Of a stretch of 64,000 nucleotides of DNA, positions 27,836 to 41,939 are shown in pieces. Both the position numbers and the translations under genes were made by a program. This DNA is from Octopus vulgaris (taxonomy: Eukaryota): contig OX597818.1 in NCBI GenBank assembly GCA_951406725.2, forward strand, positions 139,562,001 to 139,626,000, read 5' to 3'. The first letter of the stretch is position 1. Each line of letters opens with the position of its first letter. Below the pieces are notes generated by a model. That model was given only the letters and a program-made list of their open reading frames with translations, was not told the origin of the DNA and ran no database searches.

Positions 27836-28068
27836 CACGGGGTTCTCTGTTGTACTCTTTTGCTCCAACTTTCTCTCACTCTTTCTTCCTGTTTCTTGAC
27901 CCCCGACTTCCTACGCAACTGCTGAGCCTGGATGCGCATTCATCCATCCGTCGATGCTCTCGGTATCGGGGGTTGACCTACTTTCTCTTCTGCGTGTCTT
28001 ATACGGATAGCAAAGGACCACGTTTCGGACATCTCCCACTAATGGGACGAAGACCGCTTCGCTCAACA
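27836..28068 (+). mobile_element. 5'-truncated SINE sharing the family B middle but with a different 3' half
   Basis: tgtactcttt..caactttctctcactct.tcttcctgtttct matches family B, then the sequence diverges completely. Confidence 0.55.
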
Positions 28069-28322
28069 AGCAAAAAGCAGCAGCAACAAAAGGCAACAAT
28101 ATTAACAGCAGCCGCAGCAGCAAGTGCAGCAATAACAACAATAACAAGAAATGCTATAGCAATGATACATTTCAAATCTATGGTATTTTGCTTGCCATCT
28201 CGTCCTGTTCTGCCACCTGTTTAATATTTCAGTTAGATATCTGACTTAGATTGTAAAACCATATTAACCTCAGTGTATAACTGGTACTTATTACAAGCAA
28301 AGGTGTGAGCCTGTAGTTGTTT

Positions 28323-28905
28323 ACCTATTTCTTTACTACCCACAAGGGGCTAAACAGAGAGGGGACAAACAAGGACAGAAAAACAGATTAAGTCGATTAT
28401 ATTACCCCAGTGAGTAACTGGTACTAAATTAATCGGCCCCGGAAGGATTAAAGGCAAAGTCGACCTCAACGGAATTTGAACTCAGAACGTAACGGCAGAC
28501 GAAATACCTATTTCTTTAGTACCCACAAGGGGCTAAACATAGAGAGGACAAACTAGGACAGACACACGGGTTATGTCGATTATATCGACCCCAGTGTGTA
28601 ATTGGTACTTATTTAATCGAACCCGGAAGGATGAAAAGCAAAGTCGACCTCGGCGGAATTTGAACTCAGAACGTAGCGGCAGACGAAATACCTATTTCTT
28701 TACTACCCACAAGGGGCTAAACACAGAGAGGACAAACAAGGACAGACACATGGATTATGTCGATTATATCGACCCCAGTGCGTAAGTGGTACTTATTTAA
28801 TCGACCCCGAAAGGATGAAAAGCAAAGTCGACCTCGGCGGAATTTGAACTCAGAACGTAGCGGCAGACAAAATACCGTTAAGCATTGCGCCGAGCATGCT
28901 AACAG
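28323..28905 (-). mobile_element. SINE family A head-to-tail trimer (one head, three bodies)
   Basis: Three ~185-bp bodies joined at gacgaaatacc|tatttcttt. Confidence 0.9.
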
Positions 28906-29336
28906 ATCTCTGAATTCATATATCAGTGTCATTAAAGCAGTGTGGACACAACGGAAGGATGTGACACTAACATTTACAATAATAGAAGAAACGGCGGGTT
29001 GGTCATTGCTGGAATGTATTTCAATGTAAGTTTGCCGTTTGACTGATCGGTTCGAAGACAAAGAGCGACATGAGGGAGAGTTAGACGCACAAATGTAGCA
29101 AGAACCTCAACAACAACAACAACGACAACAACAACGACGACAACAACAACAACAACATCTACTACAATAACTACCACTATAACAACAACAACAACAACAA
29201 CAGCAATTAGTTATGTAACAACCACAACACAATATAATAATGAACACAACAGGTAACGCAATAACAACGAAAACAACAACAACAACACCAGCAACAACCA
29301 TCACTACCACCAACAAAACAATAATTGTTATAAAAA

Positions 29337-29488
29337 CCATGTGGTAAGTAGGTTGTTTACCAACCACATGGTTCTGGGTTCAGTCCCACTGCGTGGCATC
29401 TTGGGCAAGTGTCTTCTACTATAACCTCGGGCCGACCAAAGCCTTGTGAGTGGATTTGATAGACGGAAACTGAAAGAAGCCTGTCGTA

Positions 29489-29527
<39 letters not shown>

Positions 29528-29752
29528 ATGTGTGTGTTTGTGTCTCTGTGTTTGTCCCCCTAGCATTGCTTGACAGCCGATGCTGGTGTGTTTATGTCCC
29601 CGTCACTTAGCGGTTCGGCAAAAAGAGACCGATAAAATAAGTACTGGGCTTACAAAGAATAAGTCCCGGGGTCGAGTTGCTCGATTAAAGGCGGTGCTCC
29701 AGCATAGCCACAGTCAAATGACTGAAACAAGTAAAAGAGAAAATAAAAGAGA
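29337..29752 (+). mobile_element. SINE family C
   Basis: Homologous to the 14146 copy. Confidence 0.9.
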
Positions 29753-29983
29753 AAGTACAGCAACTACAACTGCAAACACAACAAAAAATGATCATAATAA
29801 AAACAAACATACAATAACAATAAGTAGCATCAGCTCCACAACAACAACAACGACAAGAACAACAAGGAGAATCACCTGTACCACCACATGGATACTGTAG
29901 CGACAACAATAGCAACAGTAGCAGCAATCATAACGACCATCTTGGCCACAACATCAAAACGACAATGGAATAATAATAGTCAC

Positions 29984-30033
29984 AACCACGACCACCACGA
30001 CGACCACCACCACCACCACCACCACCACCACCG

Positions 30034-30071
<38 letters not shown>

Positions 30072-30345
30072 ACCACCACCACCACCACCACCGCCGCCGC
30101 CGCCGCCACCACGACCTCCACGACCACCACCACCATCACCGCCGCCGTCGCCACGACCACGACGACCACGACGACCACGACGACCACGACCACGACCACC
30201 ACCGCCGCCGCCACCACGACCACCACGACCACCACGACCACCACGACCACCACGACCACCACCATGACTACCACCACCACGATCACCACCACGACCACCA
30301 CGACCACCGCCACCAGCACCACCAGCACCACCACCACCACCTCCA
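29984..30345. repeat. GC-rich compound trinucleotide repeat (CAC/CGC/GAC)n
   Basis: Direct reading; embedded in (ACA)n-rich low-complexity DNA. Confidence 0.95.
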
Positions 30346-30689
30346 TAGCAATAACTGCTGTCGCAACAACAGCAGCCACAACGACCACAATCACAATAAT
30401 ATCAACATCCCACAACAAGAGCAAGAACCACAGCCATAATGTCAAGCAAGGGCAACAAACACAAATACAACAACCACAGCAACAACAAACACTTCAGCAA
30501 TAATAACCTGAACCACAATAACTATCGCCACCTCCAACACCATCACAACAACCAACCAACAACAACAACAACAAAACAAGAACCACAGATATAAGCAACA
30601 CAATAACAATAGAAACAAAAACACATCAATCATAAAAACCAAAGCCACAACAGCCACTATGAAAGCAATCACGTGATCATCAACAGTAT

Positions 30690-30724
<35 letters not shown>

Positions 30725-31119
30725 ACAATAACAATCATCGCTATGTGTAATGTATTGTTAGTTTGCCACTATTATAGGTTGGCGCTGCTGCTTGCTTTAA
30801 TGGAATGAAAGGCCAAGACAAACCTTTGCAAGATTTGATCTCAGAACGAATTAAATTATTGATAAAATGTTAATAAAAAAAAAAAAAATATACTAAAATA
30901 TTTATAATAAACACAGAAATGAAATATAGCAAATTATATAAAATACCATAGAAATAAGATAAAATATAAATATAAATGAATGTTATATTGGTAGACGAAA
31001 AAAAAAATATGGAAATTTAAATTAACCAAATAAATTATTTTAGTTTTCATATTCCGCAATTTTTGTTAGTTTTTGTATAAATGAAATAATTTGAGAGGAA
31101 GGAATAAATGATATGATAA

Positions 31120-31122
31120 ACA

Positions 31123-31171
<49 letters not shown>

Positions 31172-31328
31172 CATACATATATATACATATATATACATAC
31201 ATATATACATATATATATATGTACATACATATATATACATATATATATATATATACATTTATTTAAGTGTGTGTGTGTGTCTATGTGTCGGGTGCATTCA
31301 TGTGCATATGTATGTGCGTGCGTAGTTA

Positions 31329-31371
<43 letters not shown>

Positions 31372-31990
31372 ACGAAATTATGCTTGCATCAATAAGTACA
31401 TGATGGTAGTAAGACATTCATGTACATATACATGCATACACACACATATATCTATATATACATACAGACAGATACACACACACACACGTATATATCTATA
31501 TATATATGTGCTTATGTGTGTATATATATGTGCGTGTGTGTATATATATATATATGTGTGTGTTTATGTGAATGCGTATATGTGTGTGTATGTGAGTATA
31601 TATATATTATATTTATTTATATATATGAGTATATATGTATTTATCTATGCATATGTGTATATGAATGTACGTATTTATGTATACACATACTTATACACAT
31701 GTATATCCAGTCATACATGCAACCCGCACACTCACATGATAATATCTATCTACCTATCTCTCCCTTTTCTCTTTCTCTCTCTCTCTCTTTATATATATAT
31801 ATATAAATATATATATATTCATATATATACATACATATAAAGCCCATATATGAATGCATATAAATGCAAACACTCAGCCAACTTATATTTGAATTATATA
31901 TGAGGTCGGTTCTCTGTCTGTCTCTGTCTGTGTGCGTATATGTCTCTCTCTCTATCACTTTATACCTATCTAATAATATATGTATTTAGG

Positions 31991-32078
<88 letters not shown>

Positions 32079-32503
32079 TATATGTATATATATACACACA
32101 TATATGTGTGTGTATATATATATATACACATACATACATAGGTTTGTGTAAAATATATGTACGTAAATATGTATATATATGTATGTGTGTATGGATGAAT
32201 GGATGGTTATACATCAACGCACGTCCATTTTGTATATATTGTCAAATATTGCGTGATAGCTAGTTACTTCCTATATTCCCCTACGTATGCTTGCATGTAC
32301 GTATGTATGTATGCATTTATTTATATACGCATGTATGCATGTATGTATGTATGTGTCTACCATTCTATTAGTCATTACGTCTTTGTGCATAATTTTGTGT
32401 TTGTGTACGTGTTTCTAGACAAATATGAACTCATATCAATGTCAACATAATTAACACACATATACCCCCCCTCGCATAAACACATCACATACATACACAC
32501 ATA

Positions 32504-32540
<37 letters not shown>

Positions 32541-32583
32541 CATATATACATATACATATATATATGTCTATATATATATATGC

Positions 32584-32614
<31 letters not shown>

Positions 32615-32652
32615 CATTTATATATGCATATATATATATGTATATGTATATA

Positions 32653-32712
<60 letters not shown>

Positions 32713-33200
32713 TAATTTATCTTTTTAGTATCAATAATCAATCTACGCAGTACTTTCATCAACGGTTTTAGTCACGCTATAGAAATTTCTCACCGTTAAC
32801 ACACAAACAGAAACTATATACATTCACACAATCATACACACATAAATGTGCATGGTTGCACATATACACACAAACCCACATGCATACTTACATACATAGC
32901 TACGTAACGTATATTAATGAATGAGTGTATTTGAGTGTTTGTGGTGTGTGTGAGCGCGTGAGCCTGTGTGAATGTATGTGTGTATATATATATTTGTATA
33001 CGTATGTATGTATGTATGTATGCATGCAAGTATGCATGTATGTATGCATATATGAATGTATGTATGTATGCATGTATGTATGCATGTATGTATGTATGTA
33101 TGCATGTATGTATGTATGTATGCATGTATGTATGTATGTATGTATGTATGTATGTATGTATGTATGTATGTATGTATGTATGTATGTGTATGCAGTTCTG
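31120..33200. repeat. Large (TA)n/(TG)n/(TATG)n low-complexity block
   Basis: Direct reading. Confidence 0.9.
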
Positions 33201-33372
33201 TATATATACTCTGTAGTGGAGTGAGAATATAGTTTTTAAACATAAACGATAATTCTGCTAGGAACTATATTCTATCACATATATGTTTGACATAGCGACT
33301 TGTTTAATTGCTTGTCTATCATAATCAGACTTGCTCTAATTCTGCCAATCTCTCCCTTTCTCTCTCTCTCAC

Positions 33373-33433
<61 letters not shown>

Positions 33434-34134
33434 TTGATTTCCCTTTACTAATTCCTCTCTATCCGACCTCAGCAGTTCTCATTATCCTTATGCTCGCTAA
33501 ATAAGGACATTTGTTTCAGGTGGCAGTTGAAATGCTAATCATAAATAAACATCGTGGGTGTTTAATATTAAACGACATTTGGATTCGTATGCTCGTCTGA
33601 AATCTCTTGTCAAAATCTGACAGGGGACACTTTGGCTTTCTGCGGGCTAAGACTGATGAAAGAAGTATCAACTTGAACACTGATTGATTCAACAGATTGT
33701 GATTCCCAATACAATTTGCACTCAAGGCTTATGTAAAAAACCAAAAAAAAAAACCTCAATGTTATTTGTTATGTGTAGGGCGGTGTGCTGTCAGAATTGT
33801 TAGCAAACCGAACATAATGCTTGCAATGTGTCTTCCGGCTTAGTATCTAAGCTCAAATTCCACCGAGGTAGACTTTGTCTTTCATCCTTTAGTACCAATA
33901 AAATTAATACCAGTGAAGTACTGAGGCCGATGTAATCAACTAGACTCTTCCCTAGCTGGAAGAATTGTTTACTATTTATATTTATTCATGGATCGAAGAA
34001 AACGTCGGTAATTTCGTTCCTTACATCAAATATAATTCATATACAAAAACATGTACGAAAATATGTACGAAAACGTTCGAAGTGAAAATACAGTAGGAGG
34101 ATGCTCTAAGGACATTTACATACAGTAACATTCT

Positions 34135-34551
34135 TATTTCTTTATTGCCTCTAAGGGGCTAAATAAAGAGGGGGAAAACAAGGACAGAGAAAGGGATTAA
34201 GTCGATTACATCGACCCCAGTGCGTAACTGGTACTTATTTAATCGACCCCGAAAGGATGAAAGGCAAAGTCGACCTTGGCGGAATTTGAACTCAGAACGT
34301 AGCGGCAGACGAAATACCTATTTCTTTACTACCCACAAGGGGCTAAACAAAGAGAGGACAAACAAGGACAGGCAAACGGATTAAGTCCATTATATCGACC
34401 CCAGTGCGTAAGTGGTACTTATTTAATCGATCCCGAAAGGGTGAAAGGCAAAGTCGACCTCGGCGGAATTTGCACTCAGAACGTAACGGCAGACGAAATA
34501 CCACGAAGCATCTCGCCCGGCGTGCTAACGTTTCTGCCAGCTCGCCGCCTT
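34135..34551 (-). mobile_element. SINE family A dimer (left boundary of the triplication)
   Basis: Two bodies and one head ending ccagctcgccgcctt. Confidence 0.9.
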
Positions 34552-35342
34552 AATTAATACATACATTAATAATAAATAATACATACATTAATATTCTTTT
34601 GTACTCTAGGCACAAGGCCCTTTGGGGGAAGGGGCCAGTCGGTACCTATTTTAACGACTCCGAAATGAGGAAAGGCAAAGTCGACCTCAGCAGATTTAAA
34701 CTCAGAACGTAAAGACAAACGAAATACTGCTAAACATTTCGCCCGGCGTGCTAAGGTTTCTGCCAGCTCGCTGCCTTTACATACCCTAGTATTGTTATTT
34801 TCTTATACGGCTCTATGTCTGTCCTTTCAAATGTCTACAAAAAATATCTGGATATCATTTCACTGGAACCAATTATGATAAATAGAGTGATAGACCGATA
34901 TATTACTCCGTATGTACAGCAATGGTTTTAATTCAACAGTTCTATTGTCATAATTTCTCGGCTTTTCACCGCCTCCAGCATTCTGCACAGCATTGCATGT
35001 AATTTAGTATTGTTATGTCCAGAGATGGCATAATGTCATATTTTATTATAGCGAAAGATGTAAGGATTGTTTCTTTTATGTACGAATTTGGTTGTTAGTC
35101 TGTATACTGAAGTTCCATAAAATTTTCGTATTTTCCTCCAAGACAAGTGTAGACATATACGAATACTATTGAATATGTTTGCTAAGGAGTTGTAAATAGG
35201 CGGTTGTGTGAGGTTTCGCAAGATAATACATAATGGAACTTCAAATAGTGGTTTCAACTTTTGGCACAAGGCCAGCAAGTTCGGAATAGTGGGTAAGTCG
35301 ATTACATCGATCCCAGTGCTCGAATGGAGAATATACTTAACA

Positions 35343-35417
<75 letters not shown>

Positions 35418-37032
35418 CAAGCATACATACACACCGCTAACACATTCATACAAATATAATTGTTATAACACGCTTTGTCAATCATAACTCTACTGAGGGA
35501 GAACGTTAATAACAATAATGATTAAAAAAACGACCTGTGTTCAGCTCAGTTGCACTTTGCAGCTATATAAAAATTTATCTTGTGCTGTGAAGAAGTCAAA
35601 AAATCCTTGTTGGTTATACGAATTAGGTAACAGTTACTAAACTGACTGACGTCCACTCAGGGCTAGCCATTATACATCCGACAAGGCCCGGTTTTGGGGG
35701 AAGGGGTCAGTCTATTAGATCGACTCTAGTACACAATTGGTACTTAATTTATCGACTCCGAGAGGATGAAAGGCAAAGTCAACCTTGGCGGAATTTGAAC
35801 TCAGAACGTAGCGGCAGACGAAATACCTATTTCTTTACTACCCACAAGGGGCTAAACAAAGAGAGGACAAACAAGGACAGGCAAACGGATTAAGTCGATT
35901 ATATCGACCCCAGTGCGTAAGTGGTACTTATTTAATCGATCCCGAAAGGGTGAAAGGCAAAGTCGACCTCGGCGGAATTTGCACTCAGAACGTAACGGCA
36001 GACGAAATACCTATTTCTTTACTACCCACAAGGGGCTAAACAAAGAGAGGACAAACAAGGACAGGCAAACGGATTAAGTCGATTATATCGACCCCAGTGC
36101 GTAAGTGGTACTTATTTAATCGATCCCGAAAGGGTGAAAGGCAAAGTCGACCTCGGCGGAATTTGCACTCAGAACGTAACGGCAGACGAAATACCACGAA
36201 GCATCTCGCCCGGCGTGCTAACGTTTCTGCCAGCTCGCCGCCTTAATTAATACATACATTAATAATAAATAATACATACATTAATATTCTTTTGTACTCT
36301 AGGCACAAGGCCCTTTGGGGGAAGGGGCCAGTCGGTACCTATTTTAACGACTCCGAAATGAGGAAAGGCAAAGTCGACCTCAGCAGATTTAAACTCAGAA
36401 CGTAAAAACAAACAAAATACTGCTAAACATTTCGTTCGGCGTGCTAAGGTTTCTGCCAGCTCGCTGCCTTTACATACCCTAGTATTGTTATTTTCTTATA
36501 CGGCTCTATGTCTGTCCTTTCAAATGTCTACAAAAAATATCTGGATATCATTTCACTGGAACCAATTATGATAAATAGAGTGATAGACCGATATATTACT
36601 CCGTATGTACAGCAATGGTTTTAATTCAACAGTTCTATTGTCATAATTTCTCGGCTTTTCACCGCCTCCCTTCTGCACAGCATTGCATGTAATTTAGTAT
36701 TGTTATGTCCAGAGATGGCATAATGTCATATTTTATTATAGCGAAAGATGTAAGGATTGTTTCTTTTATGTACGAATTTGGTTGTTAGTCTGTATACTGA
36801 AGTTCCATAAAATTTTCGTATTTTCCTCCAAGACAAGTGTAGACATATACGAATACTATTGAATATGTTTGCTAAGGAGTTGTAAATAGGCGGTTGTGTG
36901 AGGTTTCGCAAGATAATACATAATGGAACTTCAAATAGTGGTTTCAACTTTTGGCACAAGGCCAGCAAGTTCGGAATAGTGGGTAAGTCGATTACATCGA
37001 TCCCAGTGCTCGAATGGAGAATATACTTAACA

Positions 37033-37107
<75 letters not shown>

Positions 37108-38539
37108 CAAGCATACATACACACCGCTAACACATTCATACAAATATAATTGTTATAACACGCTTTGTCAATCATAACTCTACTGAGGGAGAACGTTAAT
37201 AACAATAATGATTAAAAAAACGACCTGTGTTCAGCTCAGTTGCACTTTGCAGCTATATAAAAATTTATCTTGTGCTGTGAAGAAGTCAAAAAATCCTTGT
37301 TGGTTATACGAATTAGGTAACAGTTACTAAACTGACTGACGTCCACTCAGGGCTAGCCATTATACATCCGACAAGGCCCGGTTTTGGGGGAAGGGGTCAG
37401 TCTATTAGATCGACTCTAGTACACAATTGGTACTTAATTTATCGACCCCAAAAGGATGAAAGGCAAAGTCGACCTTGGCGGAATTTGAACTCAGAACGTA
37501 GCGGCAGACGAAATACCTATTTCTTTACTACCCACAAGGGGCTAAACAAAGAGAGGACAAACAAGGACAGGCAAACGGATTAAGTCGATTATATCGACCC
37601 CAGTGCGTAAGTGGTACTTATTTAATCGATCCCGAAAGGGTGAAAGGCAAAGTCGACCTCGGCGGAATTTGCACTCAGAACGTAACGGCAGACGAAATAC
37701 CACGAAGCATCTCGCCCGGCGTGCTAACGTTTCTGCCAGCTCGCCGCCTTAATTAATACATACATTAATAATAAATAATACATACATTAATATTCTTTTG
37801 TACTCTAGGCACAAGGCCCTTTGGGGGAAGGGGCCAGTCGGTACCTATTTTAACGACTCCGAAATGAGGAAAGGCAAAGTCGACCTCAGCAGATTTAAAC
37901 TCAGAACGTAAAAACAAACAAAATACTGCTAAACATTTCGTTCGGCGTGCTAAGGTTTCTGCCAGCTCGCTGCCTTTACATACCCTAGTATTGTTATTTT
38001 CTTATACGGCTCTATGTCTGTCCTTTCAAATGTCTACAAAAAATATCTGGATATCATTTCACTGGAACCAATTATGATAAATAGAGTGATAGACCGATAT
38101 ATTACTCCGTATGTACAGCAATGGTTTTAATTCAACAGTTCTATTGTCATAATTTCTCGGCTTTTCACCGCCTCCCTTCTGCACAGCATTGCATGTAATT
38201 TAGTATTGTTATGTCCAGAGATGGCATAATGTCATATTTTATTATAGCGAAAGATGTAAGGATTGTTTCTTTTATGTACGAATTTGGATTGTTAGTCTGT
38301 ATACTGAAGTTCCATAAAATTTTCGTATTTTCCTCCAAGACAAGTGTAGACATATACGAATACTATTGAATATGTTTGCTAAGGAGTTGTAAATAGGCGG
38401 TTGTGTGAGGTTTCGCAAGATAATACATAATGGAACTTCAAATAGTGGTTTCAACTTTTGGCACAAGGCCAGCAAGTTCGGAATAGTGGGTAAGTCGATT
38501 ACATCGATCCCAGTGCTCGAATGGAGAATATACTTAACA

Positions 38540-38618
<79 letters not shown>

Positions 38619-38985
38619 CAAGCATACATACACACCGCTAACACATTCATACAAATATAATTGTTATAACACGCTTTGTCAATCATAACTCTACTGAGGG
38701 AGAACGTTAATAACAATAATGATTAAAAAAAACGACCTGTGTTCAGCTCAGTTGCACTTTGCAGCTATATAAAAATTTATCTTGTGCTGTGAAGAAGTCA
38801 AAAAATCCTTGTTGGTTATACGAATTAGGTAACAGTTACTAAACTGACTGACGTCCACTCAGGGCTAGCCATTATACATCCGACAAGGCCCGGTTTTGGG
38901 GGAAGGGGTCAGTCTATTAGATCGACTCTAGTACAGAATTGGTACTTAATTTATCGACTCCGAGGGGATGAAAGGCAAAGTCAAC
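34260..38985. repeat. Tandem triplication of a ~1.5-1.7 kb unit bounded by SINE A copies
   Basis: Near-identical ORFs recur at 35208/36898/38405 (offsets 1690 and 1507); unit 2 carries one extra ~186-bp SINE body. Confidence 0.95.
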
Positions 38986-39199
38986 CTCTGCGGAATTTGA
39001 ACTCAGAACGTAAAGACAGACGAAATACCGCTAAGCACTTCGCCCTATGTGCTAACGTTTCTGCCAGCTCGCTGCCTTACACATCCAACAAATATCGACA
39101 GTGGTATCATACTTTCGTTGCTTAGATAGTAGTTTCACAATCCATCTCCAAATCGGTTAACTTCAAAAAGACATTCAAAAGCACGTTCAAAAGTTTCCA

Positions 39200-39209
39200 T
39201 ATGATGACG

Positions 39210-39241
<32 letters not shown>

Positions 39242-39263
39242 AATAACAATAACAATAATAATG

Positions 39264-39300
<37 letters not shown>

Positions 39301-39348
39301 TGATGATGATGATGATGATAAATGATGATGATGATGATGATGATGATG

Positions 39349-39403
<55 letters not shown>

Positions 39404-39418
39404 TAATAATAATGATAG
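39200..39418. repeat. (GAT)n/(AAT)n compound microsatellite
   Basis: Direct reading. Confidence 0.95.
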
Positions 39419-40129
39419 ATAAACGCAAATGTAAACAAAAAGCTGCCACTAGGAAAAGCACAACTGATTACACACAACATTCAGAACCAGCCAGGGATCC
39501 TCTAAATAAAGACGGTCGATTTGCTAGAAATACTAGCCAAATCACTCTCAAATAGCATGCTAACACAATGACTATCTTCTGGATATGTTTTAAGTAATAC
39601 TGACAGTGTTTGTGTTACGGTTGTCTGCATGTATATGTCCTGATGATTCTGCATCTGTGCGTAGCCAATGAAGCGAGGGCACTTGGCATTTCGCTGAGTA
39701 TACACTTAGGAATATCTGTTGCCGCCATTCTTCCCATTAGTTTTAGCAATGCAAATATTAATCTCCATATCTGCGTCTACTTTAGTACACAAATATATAT
39801 ACACAAATACACACACACACACACACACAAACACACCAAGTCACACACACACAAACACACACATGCATATGCAAACACAGACACACACATGCACACACAC
39901 ACCCATTGATGTATATGTGTGCGTATGTGCATATATGCGTGTGTACATGTACGCTTATATACATATATCTATATGTATGCGTGTGTGTGTATACACACAC
40001 GCATATATATGCATTTCTATATATGTACGTAGATGTATGAGTATATGAATATATCTGTATTTTTTTCCGTATATCAATACACATACACGCACACACGCAC
40101 ACATAATATATCTAGTATATTCATACACA

Positions 40130-40190
<61 letters not shown>

Positions 40191-40268
40191 ATGTATGTAT
40201 ATGTATATATGTATACATGCAAAGCAATCGATAAGCTGCACACATAGACAAGCACACTCACAAACACA

Positions 40269-40346
<78 letters not shown>

Positions 40347-40667
40347 CATACATACTAACGTACACATACATGTCACGACTGCTTGATTTGTTTTAATGTC
40401 TCCAAGTGTCTGTGAGATTATTTATTTGCATCTGCATGTACGCATGCCTTGTACTTAGGTGCTTACATCAACAAATATCTCAGTATTAATGTTCGCCTCA
40501 TCATGTAAAATTATTTTCAATATATCGTTTGTTACTGTCAGAATGTTTGTTACTGTGAGATAAGTCGTTACTAGCTCAGGAATCAATCTAATGCGTTATG
40601 AGTTCAAATTCCTCCTAAAACGTTTATGCTATTGGATTTAATTTTAGGATTAACTGTATGATATGTA

Positions 40668-40890
40668 CGGTGGCGAGCTGGCAGAAACGTTAGCACGCCG
40701 TGCAAAATGCTTAGCGGTATCTCGTCTGCCGCTACGTTCTGGGTTCAAATTCCGCCGAGGTCGACTTTGCCTTTCATCCTTTCGGGGTCGATTAAATAAG
40801 TACCAGTTACGCACTGGGGTCGATATAATCGACTTAATCCGCTTGTTTGTCCTCTCTGTGTTTAGCCCCTTGTGGGTAGTAAAGAAATAG
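40668..40890 (+). mobile_element. SINE family A
   Basis: TSD TGTATGATATGTA. Confidence 0.92.
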
Positions 40891-40974
40891 ATGTATGATA
40901 TGTAATTCACTACTTTATGAAGCTTTCTTTACTCGAAACGACAAATAGAAACTACTCGTATATATTTCAGGTCT

Positions 40975-41398
40975 TACTCTTTACTCTCTTTTACTTGTTT
41001 CAGTCATTTGACTGCGGCCATGCTGGAGCACCGCCTTTAGTGGAGCAAATCGACCACAGGACTTATTCTTTGTAAGCCTAGTACGTACTCTATCGGTCTC
41101 TTTTGCCGAACCGCTAAGTTACGGGGACGTAAACACACCAGCATCGGTTGTCAAGCGAATGTTGGGGGGGGGGACAAACATAGACACACAAACACATACA
41201 CACACACACACATATGTATATATATACATATATACGACGGGCCTCTTTCAGTTTCCGTCTATTAAATCCACTCACAAGATTTTGGTCGGCCCGAGGCTAT
41301 ATTAGAAAACATTTGCCCAAGGTGCCACGCAGTGGGACTGAACCCGGAACCATGTGGTTCGTGAGCAAGCTACTTACCACACAGCCACTCCTACGCCT
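40975..41398 (-). mobile_element. SINE family C, full length
   Basis: Homologous to the 4983-5388 copy. Confidence 0.92.
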
Positions 41399-41939
41399 TG
41401 TGCATATTGTAAAGAATATTATTTAATAAAAAATACATTCATTGCTGTGCTGGTTTAGCCTCAACTTTGCTGTCAGGTTACGATTTCCGAATATGTTTTG
41501 ACCTTATTAGACTTCCTCAGCAAATTATAGTGTTTAATATTACACTAGCATAAAGTACTTACTGCTGTCGTTGGTTTACTCATAGTTATCTTTAAATAGT
41601 CAATTCTTTGGTTAGAAGCGTTCCAGCTGCGACCACTACTCCTTATTATATATCATAGACTGAATTAACCACTGAAACTTTTTCTTTCTTTGTGGTGGTG
41701 GTGGTGGTGATGGGTGGGGACAGTAATTTGTGTGATTCAAGCGAGATTTGGTTATATCGAGTATTACAGAGCTTACTATTTTAGACATGGAAAATACTCT
41801 GCAGTATCGCTATCGTAGACATTGAAACAACACAGACTGTTTGCTGTGCATTGATTTTAACGTGGTGTTCAATAAATCACAGCCAATCTCTCGGATATTT
41901 ATTGCTCGATTATAACAATTCCACTTGTTTTATGTAACT

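Noticed and set aside
29888-30439. 183-aa His/Arg/Asp-rich ORF as a metal-binding or cuticle/beak-type protein
   Set aside because: It is entirely a (CAC/CGC/GAC)n microsatellite, open in several frames and on both strands, with no non-repetitive domain or splice evidence.
35036-38641. Three-copy ORFs (MLALCQK..., MRFRKII...) as tandem genes
   Set aside because: By-products of the triplication; they overlap a SINE remnant and (TATC)n, and are frameshifted in unit 3.
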